DNA from: Spirochaetia bacterium
Lineage (GTDB): Bacteria > Spirochaetota > Spirochaetia > DSM-2461
Length of the DNA stretch: 64,000 nt
Direction: 5' to 3'
Assembly: GCA_963666985.2 (NCBI GenBank)
Contig: CAXXIA010000002.1
Span: 1,120,001 to 1,184,000, forward strand
The notes under the pieces were generated by a model. That model worked only from the letters and a program-made list of their open reading frames with translations. It made no database searches and had not been told where the DNA came from. Shown here in pieces: positions 29,826 to 38,766 of the stretch. Position numbers and translations under genes: made by a program. Position 1 is the stretch's first letter. The number at the start of each line of letters is the position of its first letter.

Positions 29826-31507
29826 AGCATCTCCGGTACAGGGTATTTTTTCAGGTCCTGATACCGACACTCTGTATATACCTCGTCCTGACGGGCTTGG
29901 CTTTTATTGTTTATCGAAATGCCTATAAAGCCTCAATGATCGAAAAAAAGAACACGGAACTCCTCAACATCTCCCGTGTGCTGAGCGACTGGGTTTCCGG
30001 CCGTGTGAGGGAACTGATGATCCTCGCGGGATCCGAAGCGTTCGACGATGAAGATGAAGAACGATATCGTTCCTACTTGAGCCAGAGGAAAAAAGGCCAG
30101 TCGTTCGATTTCGATCAGCTCTGGTTCTTCACCGAGGACGGAAAATTCTGGAACACAGGAAATGAAAACGGCTCCATCTCCCGGTATGAGGAATTTCGGC
30201 GCTATTTTACCGGAGAACTGCTCTTTTTGTATTACATTCCGGATAATTTCCGTTATGAATCACGGAACGGCATCGTCGTTTTCGCGGTTCCTGTGCAGCG
30301 TAAAGGGAAAATCATCGGGCTTCTCGGGGGATCCGTCAAACTGACGGAATTGACACGGCTCATGCGGTATTACACCCATGAGGTGTTCGATATCGCCGCT
30401 CTGGTCGACCTTTCGCATCAGTCCGAGAAGGGACTCGGCGGGCGAATCATCGCTCATGTTGATGAAAATCTCATCGGGATTCCCGAACGGACCGCCTTCG
30501 GGGAAATTTACACGGCAAACACGCACCGGCGGGAGGAAAACATCTTCGTTACCACCCTGATCAACAATTGGAAACTCGTCGGAATGATTGAAAGTAAAGC
30601 CCTCTTCTTCCAGCTCACGGGCATCGTAAAGTTTTTCATTTTAATTATGCTCCTCATCGTGATCGTCATCAGCGCCATCGCCATTGGAATTTCCAGACTG
30701 ATTTCCCATCCTGTCGTTTCGCTTACCGACATGGTGAACAAGATGATACAGGGTGACTACGGCAACGAAATTACGGTTAAAACCAATGACGAACTTCAGT
30801 CACTGGCCGGCGCATTCAACCTCCTGAACAGAAGAAATCTCCAATTGAGAACCGACGACCGCTTCAGTTTCCTCGGGCGCATCTCCTCAAGGATGGCCCA
30901 CGAAATCCGCCACCCCCTGCAGGTAATTCAGATTGCCGCCCAGTCGATGGATAAGGAGAACTACCGGGAAATGGGAGAGGTTATCTCACGGGAAATTAAA
31001 AACGCGGGGAAATTCGTTCGGGAGATTCTGGAAATCGCAAAACCGAACGAATTGAGCCTCGAGAAATATTCCATGACGAGACTGCTGGAAAACATCCATA
31101 AAAAAATCCTCATTCTGGGAAAGGAAGCGGGGATTTCCGTTGAACTGCACCCCGAAGCCGAAAGCGATACATTCTTTTTCGACGTCCTCAAGATAGAACA
31201 GGTTCTGACGAACATACTGACGAACTCCCTCGAAGTCTCCGAAAAAGGGGGAAAAATCGTCATTCGCATCGTTAACGACGCCGAGCAACGCATCGTCATT
31301 TCCATCTCCGATACAGGCCCTGGCTTCGATAAGAAAACGATAGACCGGATATTCGATCCTTACTTTACAACGAAGGTCAACGGGACCGGTCTCGGACTTT
31401 CCATCTGTTATCAGATTCTCGCCGCCCACGGCGCCCACATCGAATTGGACGATAATCACCCGAAAGGCGCACTGACACGCATCATCTTCCCCTCAATGTC
31501 GGAATAG
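29822..31507 (+). CDS. Sensor histidine kinase (Cache-like periplasmic domain, HAMP)
   Basis: Two TM segments, AHEIRHPL H-box, N-box NILTNS, DTGPG, FTTK..GTGLGL. Confidence 0.92.
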   Translation: MKHLRYRVFFQVLIPTLCIYLVLTGLAFIVYRNAYKASMIEKKNTELLNISRVLSDWVSGRVRELMILAGSEAFDDEDEERYRSYLSQRKKGQSFDFDQLWFFTEDGKFWNTGNENGSISRYEEFRRYFTGELLFLYYIPDNFRYESRNGIVVFAVPVQRKGKIIGLLGGSVKLTELTRLMRYYTHEVFDIAALVDLSHQSEKGLGGRIIAHVDENLIGIPERTAFGEIYTANTHRREENIFVTTLINNWKLVGMIESKALFFQLTGIVKFFILIMLLIVIVISAIAIGISRLISHPVVSLTDMVNKMIQGDYGNEITVKTNDELQSLAGAFNLLNRRNLQLRTDDRFSFLGRISSRMAHEIRHPLQVIQIAAQSMDKENYREMGEVISREIKNAGKFVREILEIAKPNELSLEKYSMTRLLENIHKKILILGKEAGISVELHPEAESDTFFFDVLKIEQVLTNILTNSLEVSEKGGKIVIRIVNDAEQRIVISISDTGPGFDKKTIDRIFDPYFTTKVNGTGLGLSICYQILAAHGAHIELDDNHPKGALTRIIFPSMSE

Positions 31508-31529
31508 TGTGACGGAATTGCGAACAATG

Positions 31530-31668
31530 TGCAATTTTTGCAGACATCGAAGATCTTCTTTTTATATCTGCACCGAAAAAATCATGAACAGTTTAATTTT
31601 ATTTATTTCCCGTATCTATACTTGTCGGGAATCAACATAAAGGAGGCTTTTCTGGCACGGTCCGTGCA
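31530..31668 (+). promoter_or_regulatory. Sigma-54 promoter with candidate upstream activator site for the TRAP operon
   Basis: TGGCACGGTCCGTGCA (GG 31654-55, GC 31666-67); inverted repeat TGCAA-TTT-TTGCA at 31530-31542; AT-rich spacer. Confidence 0.75.
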
Positions 31669-31692
31669 AAGGATCAGCCAAAGGAGTGTATC

Positions 31693-32694
31693 ATGAAAAA
31701 AATACTGTTCACGTCTCTACTGCTGATTTTCGCGTCCTCGCTGTGCTTTGCCGCAGGATCTTCGGACAAAGCGGAAGGGGCCGTTGAGCCCATCGTGCTC
31801 AAAATAGGCCATTTCGCCGCCGAGGACCATGCGGGACATGCCGCATGCGTTATGTTCGCCGATGCCGTGAAGGAGAGAACCGGCGGAGCCGTCACCGTGG
31901 AAATCTTCCCGAACAATCAGCTCGGCGCTCCTCCGGAAGTTCTGGAGCAGAACATCCTGGGGGCCATCGACATGAGCCTGCCGACGCAGGGCCAACTGGC
32001 CAAGTATTCGAAGAAATTCGGATGCGTCATGCTGCCCTTCGCCTTCAGCGGTTACGACCAAGCCTACAAAACTCTCGACGGTCCCTTCATGAAGTGGGCT
32101 GGACCGGACCTTGAGGCGCAGGGACTGGTCTTCCTGTCCAACTGGGAATGGGGATTCCGCAATCTTACCAACAGCGTTCGACCGGTGGTGCACCCCGCCG
32201 ACGCAAAGGGTTTAAAAATCCGAACTCCGCCGGAATTATCCAACCAGGCCGCTATGGAAGCCATCGGCGCCATCGTCCAGACCATCGCCTGGAACGAGCT
32301 GCCCATGGCCCTGAAGCAGGGTGTTGTCGACGGACAGGAAAATCCCGTATCGGTTATCTATTCCAATAAAATTTATGAAACCCAGAAGTATATGACCATG
32401 ACCGGCCATACCTACAATTCCATGGTCCACGTTATCAGTAAAAAAACCTGGGACAAGCTTACCGCCGAACAGCAGAAAATCATCCGCGAGGAAAGCGTCC
32501 GGGCCGGAAATTACATGAGACAGACCCTCCAGGACGCCGAAGCCGGACAGATCAAAAAACTTGAAGAACTGGGCATGGAAGTCGTTTGGCCCGATGTCGC
32601 CGAATTTAAAGCCCTGATGGGTCCGGCGTACAAGAGAATGGCCGAGTCGGTGGGTGCCGAGAATATTGATGCCTTCCTGGCGATGATTCAATAA
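31693..32694 (+). CDS. dctP: TRAP transporter substrate-binding protein
   Basis: EIFPNNQLG, GFRNLTN, KGLKIRTP, ALKQGVVDGQENP. Confidence 0.92.
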   Translation: MKKILFTSLLLIFASSLCFAAGSSDKAEGAVEPIVLKIGHFAAEDHAGHAACVMFADAVKERTGGAVTVEIFPNNQLGAPPEVLEQNILGAIDMSLPTQGQLAKYSKKFGCVMLPFAFSGYDQAYKTLDGPFMKWAGPDLEAQGLVFLSNWEWGFRNLTNSVRPVVHPADAKGLKIRTPPELSNQAAMEAIGAIVQTIAWNELPMALKQGVVDGQENPVSVIYSNKIYETQKYMTMTGHTYNSMVHVISKKTWDKLTAEQQKIIREESVRAGNYMRQTLQDAEAGQIKKLEELGMEVVWPDVAEFKALMGPAYKRMAESVGAENIDAFLAMIQ

Positions 32695-32722
32695 CAAACA
32701 GAATCGTGGTGGTGTCGCGCAA

Positions 32723-34003
32723 ATGACCGTTTTTCTGATTTTTCTTCTGCTGATCGGTTTCATCATGCTGGGAGTCCCCATAGCAATCAGTATGGGAATG
32801 ACCTCCGTGATTGCGTTCGCTTTCCTGGGCGAAATCTCGAATCTGACGATGTTCGCCCAGCGAATGTACGCCTCCACGACTTCGTTCACCCTTCTTGCAA
32901 TTCCTTTCTTCATCCTGGCCGGGAACCTCATGAACACCGGAGGTATCACCAACCGGATTTTCCGGTTCGCACGTGCCCTGGTGGGACACCAATGGGGAGG
33001 CCTCGGCCAGGTGAACGTCGTGGCAAGTATGATCTTCTCAGGCATGTCCGGTGCCGCCGTTGCGGACGCCGCCGGCCTGGGCATGATTGAAATGAAGGCC
33101 ATGGAGGACCAAGGTTACGACAAAAAGTTCTCCGCGGCCATCACGGCGGCCTCCTCTACCATCGGTCCTGTCATCCCGCCGAGCATTCCCTTCGTCATTT
33201 ATGCCCACATGGCGAACGTCTCGGTGGGACGACTTTTTATCGCGGGATTTCTGCCGGGAATCCTCATGGGTCTGGCCCTGATGGCGGCCGTCTATATTGT
33301 TTCAATAAGAAGAAATTATCCGCGGGAAGACCGTGCTGGCTTCAGAGAGATTTTTGAAAGTCTTAAAGGCGCCCTTCTCCCTCTGGGCACACCGGTTATC
33401 ATCATCGGCGGCATTCTCACCGGATTCTTCACACCAACCGAGGCGTCAGTCGTCGCTTCACTCTACGCCCTGTTTCTCGGCCTCGCGGTTTACAGAGAAA
33501 TCAGAATCCGTGATTTGCCGGGAATCCTCTGGGATACCCTGGTTCATACAATCCGGGTGATGTTCATCATTTCCGCGGCGGGCTTTTTCAGCTGGCTGAT
33601 GATTCACCAGAGAATTCCCGACCAGGCAATCCTCGCCATGACCTCCTTAAGCTCCAGCCCGGCGGTCTTTCTGGCCATCACCATTTTTATTCTTCTCATT
33701 CTGGGCTGCTTTATCGAAGGAATAGCGGTGTTCCTCATCACCATGCCCATCCTGATGCCCCTGGTGCATCACTTCGGCGTAGACCCAATCCAGTTCGGTG
33801 TGATTATGACGCTCGCGTCGATGCTGGGACTGCTCACGCCTCCGGTCGGCATGTGCCTTTATGCGGTTTCAAGCATCAGCAAGGTCACGATCGGTGATCT
33901 CTCGAAAGAAGTGGCACCCTACCTTATCGGCATCTTCGCGGTTCTCCTGGCGGTTACCTACATCCCCGCGATTTCGACTTGGCTGCCGTCGCTTATCGGC
34001 TGA
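32723..34003 (+). CDS. dctM: TRAP transporter large permease
   Basis: LLAIPFFILAGNLMN.GG, FSGMSGAAVADAA, IGPVIPPSIPF, TPTEA, TPPVG. Confidence 0.95.
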   Translation: MTVFLIFLLLIGFIMLGVPIAISMGMTSVIAFAFLGEISNLTMFAQRMYASTTSFTLLAIPFFILAGNLMNTGGITNRIFRFARALVGHQWGGLGQVNVVASMIFSGMSGAAVADAAGLGMIEMKAMEDQGYDKKFSAAITAASSTIGPVIPPSIPFVIYAHMANVSVGRLFIAGFLPGILMGLALMAAVYIVSIRRNYPREDRAGFREIFESLKGALLPLGTPVIIIGGILTGFFTPTEASVVASLYALFLGLAVYREIRIRDLPGILWDTLVHTIRVMFIISAAGFFSWLMIHQRIPDQAILAMTSLSSSPAVFLAITIFILLILGCFIEGIAVFLITMPILMPLVHHFGVDPIQFGVIMTLASMLGLLTPPVGMCLYAVSSISKVTIGDLSKEVAPYLIGIFAVLLAVTYIPAISTWLPSLIG

Positions 34004-34022
34004 CGGAAAAGACGAAGGACGT

Positions 34023-34559
34023 ATGGCACGCATCATCGACGGATTGGATCGATTTCGCCTCCGAGTGGAAACTCTCTATAAAACGATAACGCTGATCTGC
34101 GGATTTCTGCTGCTTCTTTTAATGAGCGGGAATGTTTTTGTCCGGCTTGTTCCCATCGCCTCCATGCACTGGTTCGATGAAATCGTCGAGCTGCTCTTCG
34201 CCTGGATGGTTTTCATCGGATCGGCGGTTCTCTACAGCAAAAAGGAGCATTTCCTCATCGATTGGCTTGCCAGAAAGACCGAAGGAACACGGATCGGAGC
34301 GGCCTATAAAATTCTGATTGAAGTCATTTGTCTGGCATTTGTGGCTATTTTTCTTTACGAAAGCGCACGTCTGACGGTTCTTGCAACGGGATGGACGGCC
34401 GTTTTCAATTTTTCCAAAAGATATCAATACGTCGCTATGCCGCTCGCCGGTCTTTTCATGACTTATGTAAGTTTGCTGGAGATTTTTAAGTCCATCACCG
34501 AACGACGAAACAAGGTCTTCTCCGAGTCTTCAATCCCAATGGAAAATTTTCAGGACTGA
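34023..34559 (+). CDS. dctQ: TRAP transporter small permease
   Basis: Four TM segments; NVFVR, W.DEI..LLFAWMVFIG, H..ID; AAGGA RBS. Confidence 0.88.
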   Translation: MARIIDGLDRFRLRVETLYKTITLICGFLLLLLMSGNVFVRLVPIASMHWFDEIVELLFAWMVFIGSAVLYSKKEHFLIDWLARKTEGTRIGAAYKILIEVICLAFVAIFLYESARLTVLATGWTAVFNFSKRYQYVAMPLAGLFMTYVSLLEIFKSITERRNKVFSESSIPMENFQD

Positions 34560-34583
34560 AAAATATGGCCAAAACAGGCTTTC

Positions 34584-34982
34584 ATGCTCTACAGTTATCA
34601 TCACGTGAACTACAAAAGAAGCTCGCTTAGAGACAATCTCCTTGCCATCGTACAAGGAACAAATACACATCCGACCGCCCAGGAACTCTATGAATTACTC
34701 AGAAATCACTATCCCGGAGTCGGATTGGCCACCGTATATCGAAATCTGAAGATTCTTGTGGAACAGGGATTCATAGTAAAAGTTGAAATCAAAGGAAGTT
34801 CAGAACGATTCGAAGCCCGGCTGGATCGTCACTATCACCTTATTTGCGAATCCTGCGGTTCGATTTCCGATATTCCTCTTCAAGTCGATCAAGATTTGGA
34901 CTCCCGTGTGGAAGAAGTCACCGGCTGCCGCGTTATAAAACACGAAATCCAGTTTTTCGGACTCTGTAAAAATTGCCGCTAA
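34584..34982 (+). CDS. Fur-family transcriptional regulator (PerR-like)
   Basis: HPTAQELY, LATVYRNL, HYHLICESCG, GLCKNC. Confidence 0.92.
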   Translation: MLYSYHHVNYKRSSLRDNLLAIVQGTNTHPTAQELYELLRNHYPGVGLATVYRNLKILVEQGFIVKVEIKGSSERFEARLDRHYHLICESCGSISDIPLQVDQDLDSRVEEVTGCRVIKHEIQFFGLCKNCR

Positions 34983-35020
34983 TCAGTTGTTAATCATCTG
35001 TTTCTTTCTGGACTTATAAG

Positions 35021-35037
35021 ATGATAATGATTATCAT
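35021..35037. promoter_or_regulatory. Fur/PerR box upstream of the ferritin-like gene
   Basis: Perfect palindrome ATGATAAT-G-ATTATCAT, 20 nt before the ATG. Confidence 0.85.
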
Positions 35038-35056
35038 TTTCAACAAGGAGTAAATT

Positions 35057-35608
35057 ATGGCAAAAGTAGCGAGAGAAGTCGTTGAAAAGGCCGGCGTTAA
35101 TGTTGATCAGCTCCTGGAACTGCTTGTTATGAACGCCTCCGCGGAACTGACAACCTATTATTACTACACCATTCTGCGGGTGAATCTTATCGGTCTTGAA
35201 GGGGAAGGATTAAAAGAAATCGCGGAAACGGCCCGAATTGAAGATCGAAATCATTTCGAAGCGCTGGTTCCGCGAATTTACGAATTGGGCGGAAAGCTCC
35301 CCGAATGCATGAAGGATTTTCACGATCTGTCCGCCTGTCCTCCGGCGAGACTCCCCGGGAATCCGTCGGATGTGAAGGGAATGCTGACCGTTCTCGTGGA
35401 AGCCGAGCGCTGCGCCGTCAGAGGGTACACGGAAATCTGCAATTTAACCGCGGGCAAAGATCATCGAACATACGATCTGGCTCTTGGAATCCTCAATGAG
35501 GAAATCGAGCATGAGTCTTGGTTCAGTGAATTCCTGGGTGAAGGCCCCTCCGGTCATTTCATGCGGAGAGGAGAAACCAGTCCCTTCGTCGGCAAATTCC
35601 TGAAGTAA
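35057..35608 (+). CDS. Dps-like (DpsL, thioferritin-type) ferritin-superfamily protein
   Basis: AELTTYYYYTILR, EDRNHFEAL.PRIYELGG, SACPPA, EAERCA, EEIEHE.WF. Confidence 0.88.
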   Translation: MAKVAREVVEKAGVNVDQLLELLVMNASAELTTYYYYTILRVNLIGLEGEGLKEIAETARIEDRNHFEALVPRIYELGGKLPECMKDFHDLSACPPARLPGNPSDVKGMLTVLVEAERCAVRGYTEICNLTAGKDHRTYDLALGILNEEIEHESWFSEFLGEGPSGHFMRRGETSPFVGKFLK

Positions 35609-35612
35609 ACCG

Positions 35613-35855
35613 ATGAAGAATCCCCTGCCGGTAACGCGCTCCGAATTGGCCGAATGCAACGGACGGAACGGTAAATCCGCCTGGGTGGCCGTTGACGGCA
35701 TTGTCTACGACGTTACAAAACTTTTTCTCTGGAAAAAGGGACGTCATTGGGCCATGCACGATGCCGGCGGGGATTTAACGGAAGATCTTCAATCCGCGCC
35801 TCATGGCGCGGATTTGTTAAAACGGGCCGAGATTGTCGGCAGACTTGTCGACTAA
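35613..35855 (+). CDS. Cytochrome b5-like heme/steroid-binding protein
   Basis: ELAECNG.NG..AWVAVDGIVYDVT...W..G.H...H.AG.DLT...APHG. Confidence 0.88.
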   Translation: MKNPLPVTRSELAECNGRNGKSAWVAVDGIVYDVTKLFLWKKGRHWAMHDAGGDLTEDLQSAPHGADLLKRAEIVGRLVD

Positions 35856-35925
35856 CCACGGGATTCTCATCCTTGAAATCGGCGGGAGAACCCGGACCGA
35901 CGGATCGGAGTCTTCCAAACCTTCA

Positions 35926-35976
35926 TTGACGCCGTTTCGACGGCATCCGTATAATTGGGGTATTAATATTTATTAC
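35926..35976 (+). promoter_or_regulatory. Sigma-70 promoter and AT-rich imperfect palindrome before the RHH regulator
   Basis: TTGACG-18 nt-TATAAT; GTATTAATATTTATTAC at 35960-35976. Confidence 0.55.
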
Positions 35977-35987
35977 GGAGGCCTCAG

Positions 35988-36242
35988 GTGCCCCAAAAGC
36001 AGGATATTATTACCTTTAAAGTCGATACCGCTTTGGCTCAGAGAATACGGGATTTGCCCAACCGATCCGAATTTATTCGTACGGCAGTGTTAAACGCTCT
36101 GGAGAACACCTGCCCGCTCTGCCAGGGAACCGGGACGATTTCACCCGACCAGAAGCATCACTGGGATGAATTCATAAAAAAACACGATGTGGTCCGCTGC
36201 GCCGACTGCGACGCCATTTACATAGCCTGCCGAAACAGCTGA
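35988..36242 (+). CDS. Ribbon-helix-helix (CopG-like) regulator with Cys/His-rich C-terminus
   Basis: IITFKVD beta-strand, NRSEFIRTAV helix, CPLC...HH...H...CADC......C; GGAGG RBS. Confidence 0.8.
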   Translation: MPQKQDIITFKVDTALAQRIRDLPNRSEFIRTAVLNALENTCPLCQGTGTISPDQKHHWDEFIKKHDVVRCADCDAIYIACRNS

Positions 36243-36266
36243 GCCGCGGTCTCATCCGGAAACCTC

Positions 36267-36318
36267 TGTGCGGGGGAGTCTTCCATAGGGCAAAGTCCGA
36301 CTCTCGGCAGCGCCGGCT
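36267..36318 (+). repeat. 52-bp direct repeat, copy 1
   Basis: 47/52 identical to 37956-38007. Confidence 0.9.
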
Positions 36319-36414
36319 CTCAAGCGGAGATACCGCCATGAAGAAGGCAGCATCACACGGGCCGGAGCAATCACCACGGTGATGCAGCCGCATCATTATC
36401 AACAGCATCGCGGA

Positions 36415-36469
36415 TTGACAAGAGACGGCCCGTCTCTTATATTCTCATTATTAGAGACGATGTGTCTCT
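36415..36469 (+). promoter_or_regulatory. Sigma-70 promoter with two tandem TetR-type operators
   Basis: TTGACA-17 nt-TATATT; AGAGAC-N5-GTCTCT at 36421-36437 (the spacer itself) and at 36453-36469. Confidence 0.85.
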
Positions 36470-36491
36470 TAAAACAATGTGGAGGCTGAGA

Positions 36492-37319
36492 ATGGCATCA
36501 ATAAAAGAGAAAACCGCGCTGGTTACAGGCGCATCGTCGGGAATCGGGAAAGCAGCGGTGGAGCGCCTTCTCGCGGAGGGCGCGTTCGTGTACGCGGCGG
36601 CGCGCCGCACGGAACGGATGGAAGATCTCGCAGAAAAAGGGGCCGTTATCCTGAAACTCGATGTGACGGACGAAACTTCGATAAAAGCCGCCGTCGAAAG
36701 CATTCTAAAGGAGAGGAAATCCGTCGATATCCTGGTAAACAACGCGGGCTACGGCTCCTACGGCGCGATCGAAGACGTCCCGCTGGAAGAAGCACGCAGG
36801 CAGTTCGACGTGAACATCTTCGGGCCGGCGCGGCTGACGCAGCTGGTTCTGCCCGGCATGAGGAAAAACCGCTACGGCCGGATTATCAATATTTCATCCA
36901 TCGGCGGAAAGATCTACTCGCCGTTCGGAGGCTGGTACCATGCCACCAAGCACGCGCTGGAGGGGCTCACCGACAGCCTGAGGCTGGAAACGGCCATTCA
37001 TGGGATAATCCCCGTTATCATCGAACCCGGCGGAATCGCCACCGAATGGGGCGGCATCGCCGCGGAGAACCTAAAGAAAACGTCCGGCGGCGGGGCATAT
37101 GCCGATGCGGCCCGTAAATCGGCCGGAAAAATGTCGGCGATGTATTCGTCGGGACGTCTTACCGATCCTTCGATCATCGCCGGGGTAATCCTGAAGGCCG
37201 TAAAGGCGCGCAGGCCGAAAACCCGCTATGCGGCGGGATATCTCGCCGGGACAAGCCTCTTTCTCAGACGCCTTCTCAGCGATCGGATGTTCGATAGAGC
37301 CATTGCGATGGTCCTTTGA
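36492..37319 (+). CDS. Short-chain dehydrogenase/reductase
   Basis: TGASSGIG, NNAGYG, SSIGG, YHATK (YxxxK). Confidence 0.95.
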   Translation: MASIKEKTALVTGASSGIGKAAVERLLAEGAFVYAAARRTERMEDLAEKGAVILKLDVTDETSIKAAVESILKERKSVDILVNNAGYGSYGAIEDVPLEEARRQFDVNIFGPARLTQLVLPGMRKNRYGRIINISSIGGKIYSPFGGWYHATKHALEGLTDSLRLETAIHGIIPVIIEPGGIATEWGGIAAENLKKTSGGGAYADAARKSAGKMSAMYSSGRLTDPSIIAGVILKAVKARRPKTRYAAGYLAGTSLFLRRLLSDRMFDRAIAMVL

Positions 37320-37332
37320 TATACTGAACCGT

Positions 37333-37977
37333 ATGTGCGCTTGCGATTGGCAGAGAGCCCGGAGCCGGGAACAGGTTGAGCACCGAACCAACGAGGTTCT
37401 CGACGCCGCAGCCCGGCTGTTCCGCAGCGTTCCCTATGACGGGGTTACTCTGCAGATGATCGCGAAAGAGGCGGGATTCACCCGGTCCAACCTGTACCGC
37501 TATTTCGCGACGAAGGAAGAGATCTTCCTGTTCCTGTACCTGGCGGACATCCGTGTCTGGGTGAAGGATGTCTCCGAATCGGTAGGCGCGAATCTCACGC
37601 CCGATGCGTTCGCGGCCGTCTGGACGGAAATAACCTGCCGTCACCGAAGGCTTCTGGAGCTCACACCCCTGCTGACGCTCACTCTGGAAAGAAACGCTTC
37701 GGAAGAACTCTACAGAGATACGAAAATCGCGTTCGCGGACGTCCTGGAAGTACTTACAAGAGTTATTTCAAAGGCATTGCCCGCCCTGGAGCCGAACAGA
37801 ATCGGCGAATTCATCAAATTCTTCCAGGCGCTGGTATCCGGCGCCTGGCCCATGTCCAAACATACGGAGACGCAGCGGCGGACACTGGAGGAATTGGGGA
37901 TGAACAGCATTGTCGTGGACTTCCCGAAACTGGTGTCGGAATCCATTCACGCCTATGTGCGGGGAAGTCTTCCATAG
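37333..37977 (+). CDS. TetR/AcrR family regulator
   Basis: WQRARS.EQ...R, IAKEAGFTRSNLYRYFATKEEIFL. Confidence 0.92.
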   Translation: MCACDWQRARSREQVEHRTNEVLDAAARLFRSVPYDGVTLQMIAKEAGFTRSNLYRYFATKEEIFLFLYLADIRVWVKDVSESVGANLTPDAFAAVWTEITCRHRRLLELTPLLTLTLERNASEELYRDTKIAFADVLEVLTRVISKALPALEPNRIGEFIKFFQALVSGAWPMSKHTETQRRTLEELGMNSIVVDFPKLVSESIHAYVRGSLP

Positions 37978-38007
37978 GGCAAAGAGAGCCTCTCGGCAGC
38001 GCCGGCT
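37956..38007 (+). repeat. 52-bp direct repeat, copy 2 (includes the tetR 3' end)
   Basis: 47/52 identical to 36267-36318. Confidence 0.9.
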
Positions 38008-38063
38008 ACCGCCGGGATGCCGCACGGCCGCGGCTTGGAGGAGGCATCAGAACCTTATCCCGA

Positions 38064-38681
38064 TTATTCGTCTGCGGCGACGGCCAATTTAACGGCGAAA
38101 ATGGCCAAGAGTCCCGCGAACGATCTCCGAACGGTTAAAATTGCCCTGGGGCGTTCAACAATCAAATTTCGGACACTGGCCGCCAGAAGACCGTAGAGAA
38201 TGAAAACCGCCGCCGTCATCATCATGAACGCCGAACCGAGAAAAAGCATTTCATCAACGGGAGAAATGCTTCCCGGAGTCAGAAACTGGGGCAAAAAAGC
38301 AAAAAAGAACACGGTCAGCTTCGGATTCAGCAAGTTGATCAAGATGGCGCGGACAACAATACCGAAACCGCTCCGCTTCTCCGATTCTTCGTCAAAGCTC
38401 AAAGAACCGGTCGATCGCCACATGGACCAGGCCAGATAAGCCAAGTAGGCAACTCCGGCGAATTTCAATATCCGGAACGCGGTTGAACCCATGTGCAGGA
38501 AAGCGGAAAGACCGAGGATGCAGGCCGCCAGGTGCGGAAGGATTCCCAGAGTACACCCGAGGGCCGCGATGATGCTCGCCTTTTTACCGCGGGCAATTCC
38601 CGTGGATACGGTGTAAATAACCCCGGTACCGGGAACCAAAATAACAAGAAGCGAGGTGATGAAGAAGGAAACGCTGAACAT
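38064..38681 (-). CDS. LysE/RhtB family exporter
   Basis: PGTGVIY, LKFAGVAYL.YLAW, NLLNPK...FF.AFLPQF. Confidence 0.92.
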   Translation of the reverse strand: MFSVSFFITSLLVILVPGTGVIYTVSTGIARGKKASIIAALGCTLGILPHLAACILGLSAFLHMGSTAFRILKFAGVAYLAYLAWSMWRSTGSLSFDEESEKRSGFGIVVRAILINLLNPKLTVFFFAFLPQFLTPGSISPVDEMLFLGSAFMMMTAAVFILYGLLAASVRNLIVERPRAILTVRRSFAGLLAIFAVKLAVAADE

Positions 38682-38766
38682 GGACGGCCTTCCGTTTCTT
38701 TGAATAGATACGTCATGATAAGATTTTTCCTGCGGTAAGTCCATAGAGGCTGCCGGTCCTCTCGGC

